This document shows, piece by piece, positions 31,327-39,003 of a DNA stretch of 64,000 nucleotides. Below the pieces are notes generated by a model. That model was not told the origin of the DNA. It made no database searches and saw only the letters and a program-made list of their open reading frames with translations. Both the position numbers and the translations under genes were made by a program. Source of the stretch: Pirellulales bacterium (lineage in GTDB: Bacteria; Planctomycetota; Planctomycetia; Pirellulales; PALSA-1355); the NCBI GenBank assembly GCA_022844125.1, contig JALHMI010000017.1, forward strand, positions 93,687-157,686, read 5' to 3'. Position 1 is the stretch's first letter. Each line of letters begins with the position of its first letter.

Positions 31327-32025
31327 ATGGCAACAATCGTGTGGATCATCCTCTTGATTGTGACTTTCGTATGGACGCTTTCCTCCAGACTCATCTACAA
31401 CCTCGCAATTGCTCCCTTCGAGCCCGCATTGCGTCAGTGGTTGTTCTTCAAAGCTCCAGTGAGGCTTCTTAATCGCATCGTACTCTCAGCGGTCAAAGGA
31501 GCCGTCAACGGGCGAACCCACGCAGACGCAATGTTTGAGTTGGTCACGATCCGCATCTTCGTGGTCTTCCTGCCTATGTTGCTTATGTTCGGCCTCGCTG
31601 CCGGTCTAGCCGATATGTCCATTGAGAACCTAAATGCGAAGCTAGGCATTGTGGTCGAAGAAGCCCCGGCTCTGACGCCAGAGCAAGAACTGGAGCGTAT
31701 AACCTTCAAGAGCCGCTTCTATCGAACGCTGATCGGCATCGGGATAGTATTGATGTTTGGGAGCTTCGCTCTGTCGTCATTCGCCAGCATGCGCTCTCGC
31801 ATGTCGTTTACTCACCAGAGAACCATGAGCAAGCTCCAGCCCTTTCTGACTCCGGAGGAACTTCACGAATTGATGATTGTCGAGCACGGCGTACATACCG
31901 ACGCGGCTACCTACCGATACATCTCCGCAGTTCAACGCATGACAGACGCCCACGGCCTGTCCGACATTGCGCATATCTGGCCCCGTCGCCTTGTTCCTAA
32001 TCAAACTGTTGCCGACCAAGGCTAA
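31327..32025 (+). CDS. Hypothetical 3-TM membrane protein
   Basis: ATG at 31327 preceded by AGGAGAG. TM segments IVWIILLIVTFVW, IFVVFLPMLLMFGLAAGLA and LIGIGIVLMFGSFALSSFA. Divergent from the NDT/TIR-like gene. Confidence 0.6.
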   Translation: MATIVWIILLIVTFVWTLSSRLIYNLAIAPFEPALRQWLFFKAPVRLLNRIVLSAVKGAVNGRTHADAMFELVTIRIFVVFLPMLLMFGLAAGLADMSIENLNAKLGIVVEEAPALTPEQELERITFKSRFYRTLIGIGIVLMFGSFALSSFASMRSRMSFTHQRTMSKLQPFLTPEELHELMIVEHGVHTDAATYRYISAVQRMTDAHGLSDIAHIWPRRLVPNQTVADQG

Positions 32026-32285
32026 TCGTCCTCCGTGAACGGCTCTCCGTTCAAAATCTTCGTGTAGGCTTTCTCCAACGAGCGGGAGAACTGAACAAAG
32101 TTTCGCATCTCAGTTAAGTCGATCCCCTTCAAACCGAGAGCCAAAAGCCGCTCGCCTAACTCTAGACTAGGCTCGACCCTCGCCAAACTGGCCCGAATCT
32201 GTTCAAGGAACTCGCGTATCTCATCGTCGCTGATCCGTTCCCAATCGAGCATGCCCTCTACGTGATCTTCATGGAAGTCAACCAT
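32022..32285 (-). CDS. Hypothetical small acidic protein
   Basis: 87-aa ORF overlapping the stop of the TET/JBP-like gene by 8 nt. It is the last gene of the leftward operon. Confidence 0.45.
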   Translation of the reverse strand: MVDFHEDHVEGMLDWERISDDEIREFLEQIRASLARVEPSLELGERLLALGLKGIDLTEMRNFVQFSRSLEKAYTKILNGEPFTEDD

Positions 32286-33129
32286 TGCGTCTCCTCAGTC
32301 GCATAAGTTCCTCCGATCCCAAGTTGCCGCACGTCTGAAGCCTCTCACGGAAATACATCACCGTGGAGATACGCTCCCAGCCTGGCTCGCCGATGATCGG
32401 CGTGTTTCCGTGGTACTCGTGAACGTCCGCGAGCAACACGTCTCGGTCCCGAAGATCCACCGCCACTCGATACTGGGGAAATACCAAGAGCCCACCGCTG
32501 TAGTTTCCCGAGCGGAGAACGCTCATAACGCCAAACCCAGCAGCCAAGTCGTTCTTGTCGGTATGAACGCGAGTCCGAAGGTTTCGATTCACCGTGACGG
32601 TCGTGAAAACCGTATTTGGTATTACGAAGTCTTTCGCAGTTCGTGCGACTACTTCCGCCTGGGCCGCGTAACGTTCAGGCAACTCCGATTTGAATATCAG
32701 ATTGGCCGCCTGAGCATAGGCGATGATTCGACTGTAGCCGGCCAAATCTGAGCGGGTGAATGCGGTAGCTCGACACGTCGGCTCGCGGCGACTGCGGCCG
32801 AAGTAGCCCACGATGCCGCTCTCAGCAGCGATCGCAGGCCGCGTCTTCTTGAACTTTCCGTCCGGCCCACGTTTCTCGGGCTGGAGCCCAGCCACCGTTG
32901 CCCGGTTATACGTGACCCTGGCCGCTCTCCGCAGTGCCGGCAGGGCTCGGGTCGAGATATCCTCCGGCATCGCCGCATGGCGGTACACCAACAGCGGAGA
33001 GCCGTCTGGCTTGAGCACCGTCGTATCTTCGCCGGTCACTAAATAATCAAAGCCCCGTTCTATGAACTTGCCTTCGAGTTTCTTCACGTCCTTGTCGAGC
33101 ATCGAGCCGAGTAGCCGGATCAGTTTCAT
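32278..33129 (-). CDS. TET/JBP-family 2OG-Fe(II) dioxygenase-like protein
   Basis: ATG at 33129 overlaps the upstream stop (ATGA). HxD motif RVHTDKND, then GGLLVFPQYRVAVDL..DVLLADVHEYHGNTPI (distal His) and RISTVMYFR (Arg), matching the Tet_JBP motif order. Confidence 0.6.
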   Translation of the reverse strand: MKLIRLLGSMLDKDVKKLEGKFIERGFDYLVTGEDTTVLKPDGSPLLVYRHAAMPEDISTRALPALRRAARVTYNRATVAGLQPEKRGPDGKFKKTRPAIAAESGIVGYFGRSRREPTCRATAFTRSDLAGYSRIIAYAQAANLIFKSELPERYAAQAEVVARTAKDFVIPNTVFTTVTVNRNLRTRVHTDKNDLAAGFGVMSVLRSGNYSGGLLVFPQYRVAVDLRDRDVLLADVHEYHGNTPIIGEPGWERISTVMYFRERLQTCGNLGSEELMRLRRRNG

Positions 33130-33677
33130 GGCTGCTGCCCTTTCTGGTGCTTGTCGTATGCCTCGCGTACGATCCGACAAACCGTCACGCCAGTCTTTTC
33201 AACCAAGGGATCATTAAGCTGTTCCATATGACGGTTGAATTCCCGGAAGAGTTCGACCGTGACCGGGAGTTTGATCTCCATTCCGTCTTCGTCTTCCCCT
33301 TCGTCCTTCTTATCTTTGCGACCTTTCGATGGTCCGGCGAGATGCGCTCTAATTACCTCAAGGCTCGCATCTTGAAGTTTCGCGGCTTCGATCTCAGGCC
33401 ACTTGCTCGCGACCTTCATGTACCATCTCGCCGTCACTGCCGACGCCTTGAAGTTTTTAGTGAGCCAATCACCCCACTCCCCATGCTCCAAGCGGCTCTT
33501 GGCTTCGTTTAATGCCTCTCCGGCTGCCCGCACATGCGCATTCGCTCCGGCCATGCGAGTCCGATACAGACCCTCATACGCTTGATGATTCTCGTTTGCT
33601 TGCTCGGCCAGTTCGGCCAGAGCGGCGGATTGGTCGGCCTCAAAACGAAGAACCCTTTTCGTTTTGTCGTCTGCCAC
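33126..33677 (-). CDS. DUF3102-like phage/plasmid regulatory protein
   Basis: 183 aa. HGEWGDWLTKNFKASAVTARWYMKVA resembles the DUF3102 signature (GxWxxWL...S.rtAqrYM). Confidence 0.5.
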   Translation of the reverse strand: MADDKTKRVLRFEADQSAALAELAEQANENHQAYEGLYRTRMAGANAHVRAAGEALNEAKSRLEHGEWGDWLTKNFKASAVTARWYMKVASKWPEIEAAKLQDASLEVIRAHLAGPSKGRKDKKDEGEDEDGMEIKLPVTVELFREFNRHMEQLNDPLVEKTGVTVCRIVREAYDKHQKGQQP

Positions 33678-33844
33678 TTCTGCGTACTCTCCAACTCGGC
33701 TCTCCTTGGGATCACCTTGTGCGATCCGCTACCTGGGTTATAGCCGTCGAAAACCAGCGCACTTTTCGAGCGTTTCCGATGCGAGAGACGAACGGCAGGC
33801 GAGGATCGACGTTTGTGAATTTGGGAAACGTCGCGTCCTAGACG

Positions 33845-34162
33845 CTAAGAGAGGCTTTCACGCCAAGCGGCTTGCTTGCACTTGGCTGAGCAGTACATCG
33901 CATCCCGGCGATGTCGCTTGAATGGCTTTCCGCACTGCTCACAGAAAGCCTTGCCCGAAAGCGGATCAACCGCTCGCTCTGCTTGGATCTCTTGCCGTCG
34001 ACGTTCGATGAACCCTTGTCGACGACATTCAGCCGAGCAGAACCGCTGGAGAGGATGAATGGGCGTGAAAGTTGAGCCGCAGTGCTCGCATCCTAAACGC
34101 TTAACGGTAACGGTTACCGCTCGTTGTTTAGGTTGTCGGCTTGTGGCTTTCTTGCGTGGCAT
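33845..34162 (-). CDS. Double zinc-ribbon protein
   Basis: ATG at 34162 (MPRKKATS). Two CxxCG...FCSxxC units (CEHCGSTF..FCSAEC and CEQCGKPF..YCSAKC). Confidence 0.5.
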   Translation of the reverse strand: MPRKKATSRQPKQRAVTVTVKRLGCEHCGSTFTPIHPLQRFCSAECRRQGFIERRRQEIQAERAVDPLSGKAFCEQCGKPFKRHRRDAMYCSAKCKQAAWRESLS

Positions 34163-34169
34163 GAGGTTG

Positions 34170-34433
34170 TTATAGCAAACCCAGGGCATCGGCCGCATCA
34201 GCTCTGGCATCTTCGATGATCTCGAACTGCCCTGCCGAAAATCTCGGCCCCTCGTCATCGGCGATGCACCACGCCCATTGATCGTTGCGGCGGTAGAGCG
34301 TCACTGTCACGCCCTCCCAGTGCCTCCAGTAGTTGCCCCTAGCTGATCGTCGCCAAGCGTCGGGGTTCTCAAAGTTTTGTCGTGCGGCTCTAGCCGCTTT
34401 GAGTTGTTGGGCTGCTTCGCTAAGTTTTGGCAT
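34170..34433 (-). CDS. Hypothetical small protein
   Basis: 87-aa ORF, first gene downstream of the 34497-34650 repeat array. No family recognised. Confidence 0.4.
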   Translation of the reverse strand: MPKLSEAAQQLKAARAARQNFENPDAWRRSARGNYWRHWEGVTVTLYRRNDQWAWCIADDEGPRFSAGQFEIIEDARADAADALGLL

Positions 34434-34496
34434 CGTCGTGTACCCTTAAAAATCGCGTCTATCCCGTCTGCCCCGCCTATCGACGCTCGGGCAATT

Positions 34497-34650
34497 CGTC
34501 CCGAAACCCTAGTTGTCGCGAACGTCTTACACGCTTTTCGACTACCCTTTCGGGACGGCAGAAATTGCGAGAATCTCCGTACTAGTGGGAGGAGTTTTAA
34601 GTACGTTTCGGGACGGATATTTTCTTCAAGCAAACTAGGGTTTCGGGACG
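34497..34650. promoter_or_regulatory. Iteron/operator-like array: 4 copies of TTTCGGGACG(G), with the outer two forming an 18-bp perfect inverted repeat
   Basis: CGTCCCGAAACCCTAGTT (34497-34514) pairs with AACTAGGGTTTCGGGACG (34633-34650). Direct copies sit at 34548-34558 and 34606-34616. Confidence 0.6.
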
Positions 34651-35336
34651 GTTTTTCGCCTACCGTCTTCAGAAAGCTCCCCACGCTGAAATGCCTGAAA
34701 GTAAGCGTCCATCGGATAAGGTTCGTCCTTCCATTCATCCCAGAAGCGACCAACCGTTGATTTGGAGATATTAAACAGCGCAGCCACTTCGCGGATTGAT
34801 TGTGTTTCGAGTGCCGTCAGCACTTCGGTTGTCAGCGGCCAAGCCAGTTGCGGCTTCCGTCCACAGCGGCCACTCCGTTTGGTCGCCTTGCTGTGCCTCT
34901 CAGATTCCGTGAGTGATGGGTGCTCGATGGTCACGAGCGGCACCCCATCGGCCATCTCCCAGAGCTTCTTCAACTCTTCGGACGTTGGCTCTGCGTTGAT
35001 GTTTGTCCAGTGATGATAACTGGCTGAGCGAATGAACCGCGACACGTCCCCACTAACTATCGGAACGTTGAACTTCTTCGCAGCACGCACTGCTTTCTGG
35101 AACAAGGGTCGATAATTGAGTTGCCCTCGCTCCACACCGGCGATTGTCATGCGCGCACGTCGTCCGAACGCAGATCGTATCGTCGCTTCGCCGTACTCTT
35201 GCTGCGTGACGAGGCTTTTAACTTGTCCAGGATTGTCGGAGCTGGCCCGGCAGTAGTGGATACACGCGGAAAAGTTTTCGGCCGCATCGGGCAGGAATAG
35301 AAACCCGGTATCGGGTAAACTAAGACTAGTGGACAT
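34635..35336 (-). CDS. Divergent resolvase-type serine recombinase homolog with C-terminal HTH
   Basis: 233 aa. IHYCRASSDNPGQ...TQQ aligns to the YxRVSxxxQ...Q motif and VPIVSGDVSRFIRS to lvVxxlDRlxRs. C-terminal GRCGRKPQL...SIREVAALFNISKSTVGRFW is HTH_7-like. Confidence 0.5.
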   Translation of the reverse strand: MSTSLSLPDTGFLFLPDAAENFSACIHYCRASSDNPGQVKSLVTQQEYGEATIRSAFGRRARMTIAGVERGQLNYRPLFQKAVRAAKKFNVPIVSGDVSRFIRSASYHHWTNINAEPTSEELKKLWEMADGVPLVTIEHPSLTESERHSKATKRSGRCGRKPQLAWPLTTEVLTALETQSIREVAALFNISKSTVGRFWDEWKDEPYPMDAYFQAFQRGELSEDGRRKTVPKP

Positions 35337-35349
35337 CGTTTTTAATCCG

Positions 35350-35399
35350 AACCTCCTAGCCTGATCTTTGCCGGACTGGGCTAGGAGGTTTGTTTTTTC
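35350..35399 (+). terminator. Terminator-like hairpin near the right end of the element
   Basis: 12-bp perfect stem AACCTCCTAGCC/GGCTAGGAGGTT followed by TGTTTTTT on the plus strand. Confidence 0.5.
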
Positions 35400-35530
35400 G
35401 ACGGGCTCTAAACCCGTTTCATTCCCGCTCTCTTGCGGGATAGGTCTACATCGAGCGAGTCTCCTGTTAGGCCAGGTGTTTCTGGAGCTGAGGACCGCTA
35501 GCTAGGCGGATTCGGAGCAATCGGAGCAAA

Positions 35531-35572
35531 GGGCGGTAGCGATCTTCCGGCTTCGCGTGGAATCCACACGGC
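35531..35572. other. attR (element arm GGGCGGTAGCGATCTTCCGGCTT | host arm CGCGTGGAATCCACACGGC)
   Basis: Amidohydrolase reading frame resumes at 35552. Core GGCTT at 35549-35553. Confidence 0.75.
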
Positions 35573-35836
35573 ACTTACGCCAAGGAACTCACGTTCTTTG
35601 TCAAGCACGTGGGGCTGTCGGCGCTCGAAGTGATTCACTGCGCAACGCAGACGGGCGCCGAGATCATGGGTCGCGGCGACGAGTTCGGCACGGTGGCCGC
35701 CGGGAAGCTGGCCGATCTGCTGGTGGTCGATGGGGACGTCGTGGCTGACATTTCGCTGCTGGAAGATCGCCGCAAGTTTCTGGCGGTGATGCAAGCCGGT
35801 GTCATCAAGTCCGGGCAGCTGGCACCAGCGTGCTAG
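35549..35836 (+). pseudogene. Amidohydrolase gene, 3' part (displaced C-terminal 95 codons)
   Basis: In-frame translation G-FAWNPHGTYAKELTFFVKHVGLSALEVIHCATQTGAEIMG...GKLADLLVVDGD is a typical amidohydrolase C-terminus. There is no start of its own upstream of the internal Met. Confidence 0.8.
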
Positions 35837-36218
35837 CAGCGCTGCGAGCGCAAAAAGAACCGCACAGGCGCGGGGCAGCAACGCTGTGCGGCTCATGGGC
35901 GCCGAAGCGCACCATTTATTGGTCACCACAGCCAGGCGGCCGTGGTTGTGATTCGTCATTGGGGTCGTTCGTGTGACCAGCCCGCCTGCTGCGAACCTGC
36001 CTCAGTGGCACTGCCAACAGGGCTAATGATCGGCATGGCAACGAAAAACTCTACATCAATTCTAGCACACGCGTGGTGGATGATTTTTGTTCCCAGGAGG
36101 GCAAATCATTGTCGCTAAACGAGTTCGGAGGCGAATGGCGTGATGTGCGATTTTATCGCAATATCTACACGTGTGGTGAATGATTGCGGCTTCCAGGGAA
36201 GCGAAAAAATCGCTGCTA

Positions 36219-36659
36219 TCACTCGACGCGCTCCCAGTACTCCAGCAGATTTCCGCTGCCCTTCTGGCCCGTGAACTCCGTGGGGCGTTTGGCGTTAGAG
36301 ACTTGCATCACCTGCACCATCTGGCCCTTCTCGAACTTGTAGGCGACCAGGTAGGTTTTGCCTTTTTCGTCGCCGCGGGTGATCACGATGTCGAGCTGTT
36401 TGGGATCCTGGCTGGGGTCAATCTTGTAGAGTCCGTCGTGGCTGTCCTTGCCGGTGTCGAAGGTGAATTTCTCGCCTTTGATCGTAAGTCGCGTCTTACC
36501 GATCTGCTCCTCGGTGAGAAACTTGCCATCCATTTCCATTGAGATGGGACGCCAGGTTCCCTGGAACTGGGCGAGTTCTTTTTCGAAGGCGGCGTCCTTC
36601 CCCGGTTCGGCCAGCAGGAGCGCGGACAAGGGCAGCAGCAGGAAGACCAGTGACTTCAT
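36219..36659 (-). CDS. TIGR03067-type planctomycete secreted protein
   Basis: ATG at 36659 with a signal peptide. LQGTWRPISMEMDGK ... KIDPSQDPKQLDIV ... YKFEKGQM fits the TIGR03067 domain pattern. Confidence 0.7.
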   Translation of the reverse strand: MKSLVFLLLPLSALLLAEPGKDAAFEKELAQFQGTWRPISMEMDGKFLTEEQIGKTRLTIKGEKFTFDTGKDSHDGLYKIDPSQDPKQLDIVITRGDEKGKTYLVAYKFEKGQMVQVMQVSNAKRPTEFTGQKGSGNLLEYWERVE

Positions 36660-36870
36660 GGGTGGGGGTCCTTTGGGGGCGTGGATCGACGATCGAACAG
36701 CGGCCCTAGTATAGGCCTCAAGATTTGGCAGGGCCAATGGTTGGCGGCTCGGTACGACTTTTGGCCGGTGCCACCATTTGCCGCGCTAGCGCCGCCGGGC
36801 ACGCTGCCCGCGGAGCCGGCGAAGGGTGCGGCGCACGAGACCAGCAGGATGGAAGCTATCGAGTCGCGCA

Positions 36871-37935
36871 TCAGGCGTTCACCCGACGGCGCTGGTGGCC
36901 GCGCACGAGCTGACCGCAAGCGGCCGCCACATCGGAGCCCAACGAATAGCGAGTGGTCACGCGCAGGCCGGCGGCCTTCAGGCCGGCGGCGAACTGGCGG
37001 GATCGCTCGGGCGAGCTGGCCGCAAGGTGCGGCGCGTCGTCGATCGGGTTGTACGGGATCAGGTTTACGTGCACGTTGATGTCGCGCAGAAACTCGGGTA
37101 GCAGGCGCAGGTCTTCGGCGGTGTCGTTGACGCCAGCGAGCAGCAAATACTCAACCATGATCTCGCGCTGCTGGATGCGAGTTACCTCGCGCATCGCGCT
37201 GTGGAGTTCGTCGAGACCGTGTCGCAGAGAGATGGGCATCAGCGTCTGGCGAACGTCGGGTCGCACGCTGTGCAGGCTGAGTGCGAGGCGGACTTGAGGA
37301 TGCAGTTGCGCCAGACGAAGCATGCCGGGCGGAATGCCGACGGTGGAGACCATGATCCGCGAGGGGTGCAGGTTGAACGAGAGCGGATCGACGAGCAGCG
37401 CCAGGGCCCGATGCAGCTCGGGTTCGTTGTGCAGGGGTTCGCCCATACCCATGAAGACGATGTTTCGGAGGCGGCGACCCTCGGCGGCAATGATCTGGCC
37501 CGCTTGTACGACCTGGTCGAGGATCTCCTCGGCCGAGAGATTCTTGACGATGTCCATGCGGCCGGTGGCGCAGAAGTCGCAACGGGCCGCGCAGCCGACC
37601 TGCGACGAAACGCAGAGCGAGGTGCGGCCGGAGGCCACGCGAAGGATGACGGATTCGAGCGGCAGATCACCGGCGGTACGGAACAGCAGCTTGCTGGCGC
37701 CGTCGAGATTGGAGTCGCGGCGGTCCGCTAGCGTGAGTGAGTGCGGGGTAAAGCGGCGGCGGAAGTCGTCTCGATGCTCGGGCGGCAGGTGCTCGACGGC
37801 ACGCTTCCAGCCCTCGAACTTTCGCAGGAACGAGGCACGCAGGCGGCGCAGCGGCTCGGGGTCGAGCTGGCGCTCGCGCCGCCACGCGTCAATGGTGTCC
37901 TGTGCGAAGATGCTGGTCATGCGTAGGTTTCCCAC
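36871..37935 (-). CDS. rlmN: 23S rRNA/tRNA (adenine-C2)-methyltransferase, radical SAM (RlmN/Cfr family)
   Basis: 354 aa. CVSSQVGCAARCDFCATG radical-SAM cluster motif, and MGMGEPLHN. Confidence 0.85.
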   Translation of the reverse strand: MGNLRMTSIFAQDTIDAWRRERQLDPEPLRRLRASFLRKFEGWKRAVEHLPPEHRDDFRRRFTPHSLTLADRRDSNLDGASKLLFRTAGDLPLESVILRVASGRTSLCVSSQVGCAARCDFCATGRMDIVKNLSAEEILDQVVQAGQIIAAEGRRLRNIVFMGMGEPLHNEPELHRALALLVDPLSFNLHPSRIMVSTVGIPPGMLRLAQLHPQVRLALSLHSVRPDVRQTLMPISLRHGLDELHSAMREVTRIQQREIMVEYLLLAGVNDTAEDLRLLPEFLRDINVHVNLIPYNPIDDAPHLAASSPERSRQFAAGLKAAGLRVTTRYSLGSDVAAACGQLVRGHQRRRVNA

Positions 37936-38200
37936 CGGTCGTCAAACTGACAGGTCGCCTGGGTGGGCGGTCGCCAATGTGGCAGTTGTGCGCGCACCTA
38001 TTCGCTCACCGGAGAGAATCCTGCGGAAGCTAGCGAATTGGCGCTGGCAATGCTTCATCTGTTGTTAGGTAACGACTTGTGGCAATTATACGTTTTTCCC
38101 CTGCCGGTGGCATTTGGTTTGCATTTCAGCGGCGGCATCCAACACGGATCACGGTAAGGCCGCCGGGCCTTCCAGACCTCATTTCACGGAGGAGACAGTC

Positions 38201-38419
38201 ATGCTGGTACTGAGCCGCAAACAGGGAGAGCAGATCAAGATTGGCGACGGCATCACGGTGACCGTGCTGGGTGTGCGCGGGGGCGTGATCAAGCTGGGGA
38301 TCGATGCTCCGCCGCATCTGCGCATTTTGCGCGGAGAGCTGGTCGAATGGACCACGGAGAAATGCGACGAGACATGCGGCCAGCACTCGCGTGCGGCCGA
38401 TGCGGCCTTGGCCGTCTGA
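38201..38419 (+). CDS. csrA: Carbon storage regulator CsrA
   Basis: MLVLSRKQGEQIKIGDGITVTVLGVRGGVIKLGIDAPPHLRILRGEL is the canonical CsrA sequence pattern. Confidence 0.9.
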   Translation: MLVLSRKQGEQIKIGDGITVTVLGVRGGVIKLGIDAPPHLRILRGELVEWTTEKCDETCGQHSRAADAALAV

Positions 38420-38448
38420 AGCGCGAAATCGCGACGAGTCTTTCTCCA

Positions 38449-38474
38449 CTTGCCAGGTGCCCTCACCTGGCAAG
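38449..38474 (+). terminator. Hairpin downstream of csrA (11-bp perfect stem, 4-nt loop)
   Basis: CTTGCCAGGTG CCCT CACCTGGCAAG. No clear U-tract follows, so terminator function is uncertain. Confidence 0.4.
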
Positions 38475-38812
38475 CGGGAGAACGATTATTCCAAGGAGCC
38501 GTGCAAGAGTTGGCTTTGTCCAACTCCTCGGGCCTTCACGAGAGCGACTGAACCGCGGCAATCTGCCAATTCCCGGACCCAAATCGTGGCCCTCCTGCGC
38601 CGGGTGCTTCCGCTCTTGCCCTTGGGCTCGCAGCTTGGGTAGAATGCCAGCTTCCCCCGGCCCCCGGCTTGGGGAGAGCCATTGGCCTCGCTTTTCGCGC
38701 AGGTCGGGCAACTTCACAGATTCAAGGTCGCCGGTGCACACGCACTTGGCGATCGGTTCCGCAGCGCGCAGTTTTATATGCGACGTTGCGCCAGCAAAAC
38801 ACGAGGTCCGTG

Positions 38813-38900
38813 AGTGGGCACGAAGAGAACTGGTAAAGGTCGACGTAAGCTTGGTCAAAAGAAGCGCCGCATGCGCTCCAAGATTCGTCACCGCAAATAG
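38813..38900 (+). CDS. Candidate small basic protein (28 aa), bS22-like composition
   Basis: GTG at 38813 preceded by GAGGT (7-nt spacer). Encodes MGTKRTGKGRRKLGQKKRRMRSKIRHRK, which resembles [14 protein letters not shown]-type small ribosomal proteins. It is below the ORF-track size cutoff. Confidence 0.3.
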
Positions 38901-39003
38901 TCGGCGCGCGAAACTAATTCGACGCAGCTTGGGGGATAGGTCGAGCCACGCAGGTGTTCGGCGTATCCCTTTTTGCTGCGCGGTGCGGGAGCACACTTGC
39001 AAC

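Larger units (their letters stand above)
23239..35553. mobile_element. 12.3-kb phage-like integrative element (prophage remnant or phage satellite) inserted in the amidohydrolase gene
   Basis: GGCTT core at both junctions. The split host gene resumes in frame. A large serine integrase sits at the left end. Contains a terminase pair and phage-type regulators. Composition is visibly more A/T-rich than the flanks. Confidence 0.85.

Noticed and set aside
35350-35392. Hairpin as an SD-sequestering translational switch for the 34635-35336 gene
   Set aside because: The AGGAGG in the stem lies about 15 nt from the ATG, too far for a functional Shine-Dalgarno. The U-tract is on the plus strand, so a plus-strand terminator is the simpler reading.
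35498-35959. 153-aa minus-strand ORF across attR
   Set aside because: It is antisense to the amidohydrolase C-terminal fragment and crosses the element/host junction. It is best explained as a chance ORF in GC-rich DNA.
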